64,000 nucleotides of DNA. Origin: Anaerolineales bacterium (lineage in GTDB: Bacteria > Chloroflexota > Anaerolineae > Anaerolineales > UBA11657). The DNA is taken from positions 29,257 through 93,256 of the forward strand of contig JAKUPR010000004.1 in NCBI GenBank assembly GCA_022450585.1. The letters are read 5' to 3'. Each line of letters starts with the position of its first letter. Position 1 is the first letter of the stretch. This document shows, piece by piece, positions 28,656-37,680 of the stretch. Under the pieces are notes generated by a model. That model was not told the origin of the DNA, did not search any database, and worked only from the letters and a program-made list of their open reading frames with translations. A program made the position numbers and the translations under genes.

Positions 28656-30409
28656 ATGAGATACTCTCCTGGATATTAGCGTTACTTCCAGTTCCACTAA
28701 CAGCTAGCTATTTAGCTCCAATAATCGCCGGGTCACGACTGCGTCCTCCGGACACACTCTTTTGGCCTCTGAGTGTAGGTCTGGGAATCGGAATTTTCAC
28801 CATATTGGTGACAATAATAGCATTCACTGGCCTTACTCCAGGGCATATTTGGCTCATTCTAGCGACGCTATGGAGCATCAGTGCACTTTGGGGAAATTGG
28901 CCCCGCTTGCGAGTTGTATCAGAAACATGTTGGAGTCAAATGATGCAAGGGAAAATTAGTAAGTGGGTATGGGTGGCTAAAGGCTTAATCTTTCTGGTAG
29001 TCTTGGGGCATGCAAGTTATTACCCTTTCACCGGTGATGATGAAATTAGCCGCTACGCATACTTAGCGCGGCTGCTTCTCGAAAAGGGAAAAATGGCGGC
29101 AGAGGTACGTGGGTATCCCGCCCTGCTTCCAGCAGCATATGCGAGTACTTTTATTGCGTCAAGTGGTATCCACGAGCAAGCTGCAAAAATGTACCCGGTT
29201 CTGATGTCGGCCATGACAATTTGGGCTACTTACGCCCTTGCTTTGCAATGGTTTGGGAGAATAGCAGCAGCTGTTGCTGGACTAACCTTAGCCGCCACTC
29301 CACTTTTCATAAATTGGGCCCCTATTGGTTACTTAGATATCACCACCGGATTGTATTTCGTCCTATGTGCATTCGCACTCGAACTCTGGCGCCGTCGACT
29401 AGACACTGGGTGGGCCCTAGTCACCGGGATACTCGCCGGACTTGCCCTGTGGACAAAACAAGCTGGATTCGCAATGTTGCCCATCATTGGAATTGTGGTT
29501 ATCACCCAGGCCATGCGCAGCTGGAAACAACACGAACCAACGATAGCACGACTCACACTAAAGCACGGGTTATTAATCCTGGCGGTCGCGTTGGCTTCTT
29601 GTGGATGGTGGTATCTGCGCAACGCTCTCTACGACGGTTGGGGAGGAGCCATACCTGATGCTGGATTGTATCATTTGTTGATCGCGCCACGCAATCCACT
29701 TCAACTAATTCCCTTCTTAGGAAACTTCCTCGATTTTGGCTGGCTAACCGCACCGCTCTACATAGCGGGACTTGCCTACGCACTCAACAACACACGGAAC
29801 TCTACGGTACACCGTTTACTGCTTTATTGTGTTCCATACACGATTTTGTGGTGGTGGCGCTTTTCATTTGACGCACGTCTCCTTCTGGCAGTACTACCAT
29901 TCTACGCGATACTAGTTGGAGCAACGGGAGCCTCTGCATGGCGTCATATCGTAGCTATTACACCCTATCGAGCGCACCAATTTATCGGCATTATCGTCAT
30001 TATATTAATTACTGCGGCTGGCATCTATCAAGCTAAGTTAGGAGGATTACTTCAATGGGCCACTAATCCCAGCGCTAGCTATGCCCAACGCCTTACACGC
30101 GCCAAAGGAGACCTTTATCCTACAGTCCAATTCCTGCAAATGCAAATAGACCCCTCAACAATCATATACTCAACCGATGTGCGAATTCGCTATTATCTGA
30201 TTGACCGTCCCATCATTGTAGGTTACCCCAACATGAGCAATCTAAAACCAGGCGACATCCTTGTGATCGGCTCATGGAGTAAATCGGTTTATAATGAGCT
30301 CGGTTTACAGAACAACCCGTTGCCACACCTTGATGACGACCAATTATTCAAGAAACTCTATACCGGACCGTCCGACAAACTAGCGGTATTCCAGACACTT
30401 CCATCATGA
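28652..30409 (+). CDS. GT-C fold glycosyltransferase (GT39/ArnT-like, PMT_2-type), tandem paralogue
   Basis: 585 aa, polytopic. The first loop is YYPFTGDDEISRYAY (acidic DDE). It shares GYLDITTGLYF...WALVTGILAGLALWTKQAG with ORF 26880-28655. It has 4-nt overlaps with both neighbours. Confidence 0.8.
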   Translation: MNEILSWILALLPVPLTASYLAPIIAGSRLRPPDTLFWPLSVGLGIGIFTILVTIIAFTGLTPGHIWLILATLWSISALWGNWPRLRVVSETCWSQMMQGKISKWVWVAKGLIFLVVLGHASYYPFTGDDEISRYAYLARLLLEKGKMAAEVRGYPALLPAAYASTFIASSGIHEQAAKMYPVLMSAMTIWATYALALQWFGRIAAAVAGLTLAATPLFINWAPIGYLDITTGLYFVLCAFALELWRRRLDTGWALVTGILAGLALWTKQAGFAMLPIIGIVVITQAMRSWKQHEPTIARLTLKHGLLILAVALASCGWWYLRNALYDGWGGAIPDAGLYHLLIAPRNPLQLIPFLGNFLDFGWLTAPLYIAGLAYALNNTRNSTVHRLLLYCVPYTILWWWRFSFDARLLLAVLPFYAILVGATGASAWRHIVAITPYRAHQFIGIIVIILITAAGIYQAKLGGLLQWATNPSASYAQRLTRAKGDLYPTVQFLQMQIDPSTIIYSTDVRIRYYLIDRPIIVGYPNMSNLKPGDILVIGSWSKSVYNELGLQNNPLPHLDDDQLFKKLYTGPSDKLAVFQTLPS

Positions 30410-31551
30410 ACAAAATCCCTGAAGTTTCAGTAGTACTACCTTGCCTTAATGAAGCAAAAACAGTTGCACACTGCGTAGAACAAGCTATAAAGACACTTGC
30501 CGAAAGTGGATTACACGGTGAGGTGATAGTCAGCGACAATGGCTCCAGAGATGGTTCTGCCGAGCTCGCTAGCAATGCCGGAGCGCGCGTAGTACATGAA
30601 TCCAGACGTGGATATGGTAGCGCCTATCTATGTGGCATTGCTGCTGCACAAGCACCCATCATCATCATGGCGGATGCAGATAACACCTATGACCTCCATG
30701 AAATACCGAGGCTGGTAGCCAAACTACGCGAAGGATACGACATTGTGCTCGGTTCGCGCCTTGGCGGCGTCATACTCCCAGGAGCCATGCCATGGCTGCA
30801 TCGATACGTGGGCAATCCTATCCTAACTGGCCTATTGAACCGCCTCTTTAGGATGAAGCTGCAGGATGCTCATACAGGATTACGAGCCTTCACCCGCATC
30901 GGTTACGATCGTTTAGAACTAAGCACAACAGGAATGGAATTCGCTTCGGAGATGATAATAAGTGCTGGCCAACAGCGCTTGAAGGTAACCGAAGTGCCAA
31001 TCACCTATTATCCACGTGCAGGTACATCAAAACTTAACACCTGGCGCGATGGCTGGCGACATCTGCGCTACCTGATGCTCCGCAGCCCAACACACTTGTT
31101 CCTCACTCCAGGCTTTGCTTTAGTTTTGCTCGGTTGGCTGCCACTCATAGCACTAGCTGCTGGACCAATCGTGATATGGGGTTTGTTCTTCGATTTTCAC
31201 TACATGATTGCGGGTAGCGCGGTCGCTCTACTAGGACTGCAATTGCTGAGTCTCGGTGTACATGGCAAAACATACTTGATTGCCAATAATCTGGAGAAAC
31301 CAGATCGAATAATGGAATGGATGCAAAAGAACTTCACTCTTGAACGCGGTCTGTTTTCCGGCGTAGTGCTGCTAATGATTGGTATTGGGTTTGGCGTACG
31401 AATATTTATTACCTGGACGCAACACGGTTTTGAAGATATATTCGAACTGCGCTCCGGACTAGTAGCTCTCACACTTGCGGTGAGTGGTACGCAAGTCATA
31501 TTCGCCGCTCTCTTTTTGAGCATGCTGCAAGTCAAAACGCGCGACGACTAA
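30406..31551 (+). CDS. GT2 family glycosyltransferase with a C-terminal TM bundle (polyprenyl-phosphate sugar synthase type: DPM1/GtrB/ArnC-like)
   Basis: 381 aa. VVLPCLNEAKTV, SDNGSRDGS and an ADADNTYD DxD motif, followed by about four hydrophobic helices in the last 150 aa. Confidence 0.88.
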   Translation: MNKIPEVSVVLPCLNEAKTVAHCVEQAIKTLAESGLHGEVIVSDNGSRDGSAELASNAGARVVHESRRGYGSAYLCGIAAAQAPIIIMADADNTYDLHEIPRLVAKLREGYDIVLGSRLGGVILPGAMPWLHRYVGNPILTGLLNRLFRMKLQDAHTGLRAFTRIGYDRLELSTTGMEFASEMIISAGQQRLKVTEVPITYYPRAGTSKLNTWRDGWRHLRYLMLRSPTHLFLTPGFALVLLGWLPLIALAAGPIVIWGLFFDFHYMIAGSAVALLGLQLLSLGVHGKTYLIANNLEKPDRIMEWMQKNFTLERGLFSGVVLLMIGIGFGVRIFITWTQHGFEDIFELRSGLVALTLAVSGTQVIFAALFLSMLQVKTRDD

Positions 31552-32741
31552 TGCGAATACTGGTCGTACAAGAAACTGACTGGATGCAACGTGGTCCACA
31601 CCAGCAGCATCATCTTTTCGAGCGACTTTCAGAACGTGGACATGAAATCACAGTAGTCGATTTTGAAATCCTGTACACACCATGGCCCAAGACCCCCTTA
31701 TTGGCCCCACGTATGGAGTGGAACAATGTATCACGCACAAATCCAAAGGCACGTATACAGGTTATCCGGCCACAGACAATAAGGATACCGGGCATAGCAC
31801 GTATAACCTCTTTAATCACCTTTTATAGTGAAATCGCGCGAATAACACGTTCTCTACGACCAGACTTAATTGTAGATTATGCAATTTCTACGGGAGCGAG
31901 CGCATTATTACTAGCACGATCAAAACGCATCCCCTTCGTCATGCACATGATTGACTCGCTGCATACTCTCGCGCCCCACAAATTGATCTGGCCTCTCGCG
32001 CGCTCATTTGAATCCCAGTTACTGCGCAGCGCAGATACGACAATCTACATTAGCGAGCAGCTTAAAGAGTATGGAATCACCCTAGGGGCTCGGTCAGACA
32101 CAGCATACAAGATAAGTAGCGGAGTAGACCTCAACAGATTCCACCCACACCACGATAGGATCGAGATACGCCGCACATTGAACATTGCAGATGACGACGT
32201 GCTCCTAGTATTTGTTGGTTGGATTTATAACTTCGCAGGTGTTGACACGGTCATGCATACGCTGCCGGATTTACCTACCAACCTCAAATTGCTTATTGTG
32301 GGTGATGGTGAGGCAAAAGAACGCTTACAGGACCTACAGGATTCGCTAGGTCTACATGACCGGGTTACCTTCGCAGGACAGCAAGCATACGATAAAATTC
32401 CGAATTTCATGACAGCCGCAGATGTATGCGTGATGTATTCAGACCTAAATCCGATCACACGCAACATCATACCAATCAAGACTTTCGAGTATATGGCCTC
32501 TGGTCGACCTGTTTTGGCTAGCGAGCTCCCCGGAGTAATGAGGGAAGTGCCACCCGGAAATGGCATTATTTTCACAAAAAAGGATGAATTAAGGAATGCT
32601 TTACAGCAACTTCTGAATTCATCTACCCGAGAAGAAGAGGGCGCTAAAGCGCGTGCCTTCGTGCAAGAACACTGCGACTGGTCAAAATTGACCGACAGGT
32701 TCGAGGAAGTCCTTAACACCATCGTAGCCCTAGAAAAATAG
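31551..32741 (+). CDS. Glycosyltransferase, GT4 family
   Basis: 396 aa. C-terminal KTFEYMASGRPVLASELPG motif. The ATG overlaps the previous stop by 1 nt. Confidence 0.85.
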   Translation: MRILVVQETDWMQRGPHQQHHLFERLSERGHEITVVDFEILYTPWPKTPLLAPRMEWNNVSRTNPKARIQVIRPQTIRIPGIARITSLITFYSEIARITRSLRPDLIVDYAISTGASALLLARSKRIPFVMHMIDSLHTLAPHKLIWPLARSFESQLLRSADTTIYISEQLKEYGITLGARSDTAYKISSGVDLNRFHPHHDRIEIRRTLNIADDDVLLVFVGWIYNFAGVDTVMHTLPDLPTNLKLLIVGDGEAKERLQDLQDSLGLHDRVTFAGQQAYDKIPNFMTAADVCVMYSDLNPITRNIIPIKTFEYMASGRPVLASELPGVMREVPPGNGIIFTKKDELRNALQQLLNSSTREEEGAKARAFVQEHCDWSKLTDRFEEVLNTIVALEK

Positions 32742-32761
32742 GGGCTCTCTTAATCGACCAC

Positions 32762-32790
32762 TTGACATCTGCATCACCTAAACATACAAT
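32762..32790 (+). promoter_or_regulatory. Sigma-70 promoter of the gcv operon
   Basis: TTGACA (32762-32767), a 17-nt spacer, then TACAAT (32785-32790), about 35 nt upstream of the riboswitch. Confidence 0.75.
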
Positions 32791-32825
32791 TTAATCTGCG
32801 ATTCACCCAACAAAATTATACCGAT

Positions 32826-33002
32826 TGTGAGGGAGAGACTACTGTGCAATGATGCACGGTAGCACCGAAGGTGCAAGTCCATTCTTGGATGAAACTCTCA
32901 GGTAAAAGGACCGCGCAATCGTTGTATCCTCTGGAAAGTCCTATGACACCGACGGGGCAAGCTCGGCATCGCCGTGTGAATCTCTCAGGTTTATGACAGA
33001 GG
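32826..33002 (+). promoter_or_regulatory. Tandem glycine riboswitch (two aptamers)
   Basis: Aptamer 1: GGGAGAG (32831), CACCGAAGGUGCAA (32863-32876), CUCUCAGGUAAAAGGAC (32895-32911). Aptamer 2: CUCUGGAAAG (32929), CACCGACGGGGCAA (32947-32960), CUCUCAGGUUUAUGACAGAGG (32982-33002). It lies directly upstream of gcvH. Confidence 0.9.
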
Positions 33003-33037
33003 GGACGCTCGTGAAAATCCGTGCGTCCCCTTTTTTT
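33001..33037 (+). terminator. Riboswitch expression-platform intrinsic terminator
   Basis: GGGGACGC (33001-33008) pairs with GCGUCCCC (33023-33030) and is followed by U7 (33031-33037). The 5' arm overlaps the 3' strand of aptamer-2 P1 (CAGAGG). Confidence 0.85.
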
Positions 33038-33087
33038 GTTGCCGGCACCAGACATGCAAAATCGTAAAATGACAAGGAGATAGCTAC

Positions 33088-33483
33088 ATGAATTGGAGTG
33101 CCCCCGATGACAGAAGATACACTGAAACTGACGAGTGGATCATGATTGCGGGAGACACAGCAAAAGTGGGTATCACAGATTACGCCCAGGATCAGCTCTC
33201 AGACATCGTATATGTGGAACTACCAGCAACTGGTGCATCTTTTGATACAGGAGACATCATTGCCATAGTCGAGTCTGTCAAAGCAGCGGCTGATGTACAC
33301 ATGCCATTAAGCGGCGTAGTAACCGAAGCAAACCGCGACCTTGAGGACCAACCGGACAAAGTCAACAGTGACCCCCATGGAGATGCATGGTTCATCAAGG
33401 TCAAACTCCATCATCCCTCCAAAATTGACGCCTTGATGGACTCCGAAGCATATGCACATCATTGCGCTGCCCGCAACAATTGA
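33088..33483 (+). CDS. gcvH: Glycine cleavage system H protein
   Basis: 131 aa. Lipoyl-lysine motif VESVKAAADV. An AAGGAG ribosome-binding site lies upstream. Confidence 0.95.
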   Translation: MNWSAPDDRRYTETDEWIMIAGDTAKVGITDYAQDQLSDIVYVELPATGASFDTGDIIAIVESVKAAADVHMPLSGVVTEANRDLEDQPDKVNSDPHGDAWFIKVKLHHPSKIDALMDSEAYAHHCAARNN

Positions 33484-33538
33484 ATAGAGCTACATGGCTT
33501 TTAACCATACTGACACAGAAACATTATTCTGACCAAAC

Positions 33539-34879
33539 ATGAATTATCTACCACACACTACCGAAGACCGGAATGACATGCTTGCGGCATGCGGAGTAGA
33601 GGATATATCCGATTTCTTCGCAATAATTCCAGAGAAAAAACGCTTTCCAACACTCGACCTCCCGGAACCGTTATCGGAAATGGAAGTATTGCGCGAGTTG
33701 AAAGAATTAGCTGAGTCCAACGCCGACGCTGAACACCATCCCTGTTTTCTTGGCGCCGGGGCATATCACCACTACGTACCCGCACTGGTTAATCACATGT
33801 TGCTGCGCGGCGAATTTCTTACGGCATACACTCCGTATCAGCCAGAGGTATCTCAAGGTACGCTGCAAACTATGTTTGAATATCAGAGCATGATTTGTGC
33901 CCTCACTGGCATGGAGGTAGCAAACGCCAGTCACTACGACGGAGCAACATCCGCAGCAGAGGCAGTCATCATGGCGCTCAAACATTTCAGAGGACACCGC
34001 ACGAAAATTGTCCTATCTCCAACCCTACACCCTCAGTACAGCCAAGTCATATATACCTATACCCAAGGAATGGGAATAAAAACATTGGCAGTAAACGAAC
34101 CTCCGGATGAACTAGATAACCTAAATACACATATTGATGAGCAGACCGCATTGGTCATCATGCAGTACCCCAATTTCCTAGGAGAATTAGAGGACATCGA
34201 AAATGTTGCAAAAGCCTCACATGACAATGGTGCACTGCTCTGCGTGGTAACCAATCCAATCGCTATGGGAATGTTAAAGCCACCGGGAGAATACGGCGCC
34301 GACATCGTAGTCGGTGAAGGGCAGCCGCTAGGCATTCCCATGTCTTATGGCGGACCGTACCTCGGTTTTTTTGCCACGCGCCAAAAACTCGTACGTCAAA
34401 TGTCAGGCCGGTTGGTAGGAGAAACATTGGATGTAAACGGAAAACCGAGCTACGCACTTACGCTCACACCGCGAGAGCAACATATCCGTCGTGACAAAGC
34501 CACCTCCAATATCTGCACAAATCAGGGCCTGATGGCTACTGCAGCTGCTATCTACCTTTCGGTACTAGGGAAACAGGGTTTGCGTGAAGTCGCAGAGTTG
34601 TGTTTCCACAAAGCCCATTATGCCTCTGACTGCATAGACACACTTCCCGGGTATTCAGTAAGACGCGAAAGACCGTTTTTCCTAGAATTTGTTTTGCGCT
34701 GCCCCGCTCCAGTGTCAGAGATAAATGCCATTCTCTTTGACGATTATGGAATCATTGGTGGCTATGACCTCGGTCAAGACCACGACGATCTCAAAAACCA
34801 CATGTTGTTGGCCGTCACAGAAATGAACACACGCGACGATATTGATGCTCTCGTAGAAGCACTCGGAGCCATAAAATGA
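33539..34879 (+). CDS. gcvPA: Glycine dehydrogenase (decarboxylating) subunit 1
   Basis: 446 aa. The N-terminus MNYLPHT..D...ML and the blocks GAGAYHHYVP and TAYTPYQPEVSQG are typical of split P-protein subunit 1. Confidence 0.95.
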   Translation: MNYLPHTTEDRNDMLAACGVEDISDFFAIIPEKKRFPTLDLPEPLSEMEVLRELKELAESNADAEHHPCFLGAGAYHHYVPALVNHMLLRGEFLTAYTPYQPEVSQGTLQTMFEYQSMICALTGMEVANASHYDGATSAAEAVIMALKHFRGHRTKIVLSPTLHPQYSQVIYTYTQGMGIKTLAVNEPPDELDNLNTHIDEQTALVIMQYPNFLGELEDIENVAKASHDNGALLCVVTNPIAMGMLKPPGEYGADIVVGEGQPLGIPMSYGGPYLGFFATRQKLVRQMSGRLVGETLDVNGKPSYALTLTPREQHIRRDKATSNICTNQGLMATAAAIYLSVLGKQGLREVAELCFHKAHYASDCIDTLPGYSVRRERPFFLEFVLRCPAPVSEINAILFDDYGIIGGYDLGQDHDDLKNHMLLAVTEMNTRDDIDALVEALGAIK

Positions 34880-36387
34880 TATCTCCCAATAAACGTGAGG
34901 AACCGTTAGTATACGAATTAAGTAGACCTGGGCGCAGAGGTATCCAGTTTCCCGACCCAGATGTTCCCCGAACGAAACTGCCGTCAAGTTTGCTTCGCGA
35001 GGACCTAAACCTACCGGAAATCACACAGCTAGATGCGGTGCGTCATTTCCAACGTCTTTCTCAATTAAATCATTCCATAGATTCTGGGTTCTATCCACTC
35101 GGATCGTGCACTATGAAGTACAACCCACGAGTTAATGAGGATGCTGCTCGCATTCCCGGGTTTCTATACACCCACCCGTTGCAGGACACCAACACTGTAC
35201 AAGGCAGCTTGGCATTGATGCATGAGCTGCAGGAATGGCTAAAAGAAATCGGTGGTTTTGCCGGAGTGAGCCTCCAACCCGCAGCGGGTGCGCACGGAGA
35301 ACTCAGCGGAATCCTTATGATACGAGCCTACCACCTTGCACGTGGCGACAAAGGTAGACGCAAGATTCTTATCCCCGATTCCGCACACGGCACCAACCCA
35401 GCGAGCACCACCATGAGTGGCTTAGAACTGATTGAGTTGCCCTCTGATAAACGCGGAAACGTGGACGTAAAAGTGCTTCGCTCCGCATGCAGTGAAAATG
35501 TTGCCGGACTGATGATTACCAACCCCAACACATTAGGCCTATTCGAAGAACACATAGAGGAAGTGGTGGACATAGTCCATGACTGTGGCGGATTGATTTA
35601 CGGGGACGGAGCAAACATGAATGCACTTACTGGAATTGTTCGCCCGGGTGACCTAGGGTTTGATGTAATGCACTATAACCTACATAAGACTTTTTCCACA
35701 CCACACGGTGGTGGTGGTCCTGGGTCTGGTCCAGTGGGAGTTTCAGAACGCCTAATGGATTTCCTTCCAGATCCATTAGTGACAATAATCGAAGATAGCG
35801 ACGAAGACGAACCGCCCCTTTACGGATTCAAGACACCACCTAAAACTATAGGTCGAATGAAAGCCTTTAACGGTCAGTTCGGAACATTGGTAAGAGCATA
35901 TGCTTACATCCGTGCACACGGCGGAGACGGACTGCGAGGAAACGCGGAACACGCCGTACTCAATGCAAACTACCTACTCTCCAAAGTACGAGATGCTTAT
36001 CACCTACCATTTGAACGTACATGTCTCCACGAATTCGTAATCGAAGGTCGCTGGCGGGATGTTCCTAACGTACACGCACTTGATATCAGCAAACGACTAA
36101 TGGATTACGGATTTCATCCCCCAACAAACTACTTCCCACTTATCGTGAAGGAGGCGTTGATGATAGAACCCACTGAAACTGAAAGTCGGGAAACGCTTGA
36201 CGCATTTGCGGACGCATTACTTGAAATTGCTGCCGCAGCACACAACAACCCCGATGAGTTACGCACGGCGCCACAAACAACACCGGTGGGGCGTATAGAT
36301 GAGGTGCGAGCTGCTCGCAACCTCGTGCTATGCTGCCACACGCAATACCCGTCGAATCCAGATCCCTCCGCCGACCCCGAGTCCTGA
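34876..36387 (+). CDS. gcvPB: Glycine dehydrogenase (decarboxylating) subunit 2
   Basis: 503 aa. LGSCTMKYNP and the PLP-lysine region NLHKTFSTPHGGGGPG. It has a 4-nt overlap with gcvPA. Confidence 0.95.
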   Translation: MISPNKREEPLVYELSRPGRRGIQFPDPDVPRTKLPSSLLREDLNLPEITQLDAVRHFQRLSQLNHSIDSGFYPLGSCTMKYNPRVNEDAARIPGFLYTHPLQDTNTVQGSLALMHELQEWLKEIGGFAGVSLQPAAGAHGELSGILMIRAYHLARGDKGRRKILIPDSAHGTNPASTTMSGLELIELPSDKRGNVDVKVLRSACSENVAGLMITNPNTLGLFEEHIEEVVDIVHDCGGLIYGDGANMNALTGIVRPGDLGFDVMHYNLHKTFSTPHGGGGPGSGPVGVSERLMDFLPDPLVTIIEDSDEDEPPLYGFKTPPKTIGRMKAFNGQFGTLVRAYAYIRAHGGDGLRGNAEHAVLNANYLLSKVRDAYHLPFERTCLHEFVIEGRWRDVPNVHALDISKRLMDYGFHPPTNYFPLIVKEALMIEPTETESRETLDAFADALLEIAAAAHNNPDELRTAPQTTPVGRIDEVRAARNLVLCCHTQYPSNPDPSADPES

Positions 36388-36564
36388 AACCTCTAGAGTG
36401 AGTCGAACGAAAAATATATTGCCAGTTAGTGTTTTGGGGGAAGCTTTATAATCGCTACTTACAGCATGCGTGTGAATATTGGCAAAACCATACAGACCAT
36501 CTCCAATATTTTCAATATCCAATACCTATTACGCAACCACTAATGCTCCTTTACTACCTCAATA

Positions 36565-37482
36565 TCACCGTCTAACCTCAATATGGTCCAAATCTCGAGC
36601 AACTACTGTGTTAGCAAACACCGATTGTGCCTCAGCAGTCACATCACGTTCGCGGTAGCGCCGCGACAGATGTGTAAGATATAGACTGCGTACATTTGCG
36701 GCTTGAGCCAGTTCTGCCGCCTGCAGCGCAGTAAGATGGCCAAAACGTCGAGCAAGATCCAGCTCAGAATGCAGATATGTCGCTTCTACCACTAGAGCAT
36801 CAGCATCACGACAATGTTCGAGAATATCATCAGTTTCCCCAGCATCACCCACATGCACAAGTTTAGTTCCAGCCTCAACCGGACCCAACACATCATCCGG
36901 GTGCACAATCTTACCTTCAGGCAAGGTGATTGTACGACCCTGAACCAAATCACGCCTTTCCGGTCCGTTTGGGACTCCCAACTCAACCGCTTTTTCCTCC
37001 AGAAACGGCCTACGAGGTTTTTCCTGAAAGACAAATCCAAAACACTGTCCGCCACGGTGTGTCACCGGAAATGCCATTAGCTCGAACGAGTTTCCATCAG
37101 CAATGATCGCACCAGGAACAATCTCCTTAAACTCAATGCGTAACTGCTCGCGTTCTCCACGAAACACCACCCCGAATACCAGATCACGTATGCGCCGCAG
37201 CGCTCTCTGGCCAGCCCAGATTTCCACATGTTCAATAGCTTCCCATCGCGTGAGAGTGGATAACAAACCACCTAGACCTAATATGTGATCCAGATGCCCA
37301 TGAGTGATTAGAATCTTCTGCAGACGTTTAAATCCCAAACCGCTTCTGAGAATCTGACGTTGCGTGCCCTCGCCACAATCAATCAGAAAACGATGGTCTC
37401 GATGCATAACAACGTGCGCAGAAAGACCGCGATGCACTGACGGCGCAGACGCCGACGTTCCTAGGAATACAAATTCAAACAC
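36565..37482 (-). CDS. rnz: Ribonuclease Z (MBL-fold tRNA 3' endonuclease)
   Basis: 305 aa. N-terminus FLGTSASAPS..RGLS and the ITHGHLDH motif. Confidence 0.88.
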   Translation of the reverse strand: MFEFVFLGTSASAPSVHRGLSAHVVMHRDHRFLIDCGEGTQRQILRSGLGFKRLQKILITHGHLDHILGLGGLLSTLTRWEAIEHVEIWAGQRALRRIRDLVFGVVFRGEREQLRIEFKEIVPGAIIADGNSFELMAFPVTHRGGQCFGFVFQEKPRRPFLEEKAVELGVPNGPERRDLVQGRTITLPEGKIVHPDDVLGPVEAGTKLVHVGDAGETDDILEHCRDADALVVEATYLHSELDLARRFGHLTALQAAELAQAANVRSLYLTHLSRRYRERDVTAEAQSVFANTVVARDLDHIEVRR

Positions 37483-37680
37483 AGTTATTTATCTGGATAT
37501 AGCTCACAAAAGGTATCCTCTACCTATTACTGTTTGGTCTACCGCTCACACTGATTATAATCCATATGATCGCAGGCTTCGGCACAGGGCATATGGTATC
37601 ATTCCAATTGCTTGTCCTAGCAGTGCGCCTAGTAATTGCTAAACACACTCGCACTCAACTTAGTAGAAAGGTGAACTCTC

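Noticed and set aside
32816-33055. 79-aa minus-strand ORF upstream of gcvH
   Set aside because: The region is fully explained by the tandem glycine riboswitch and its terminator on the plus strand.
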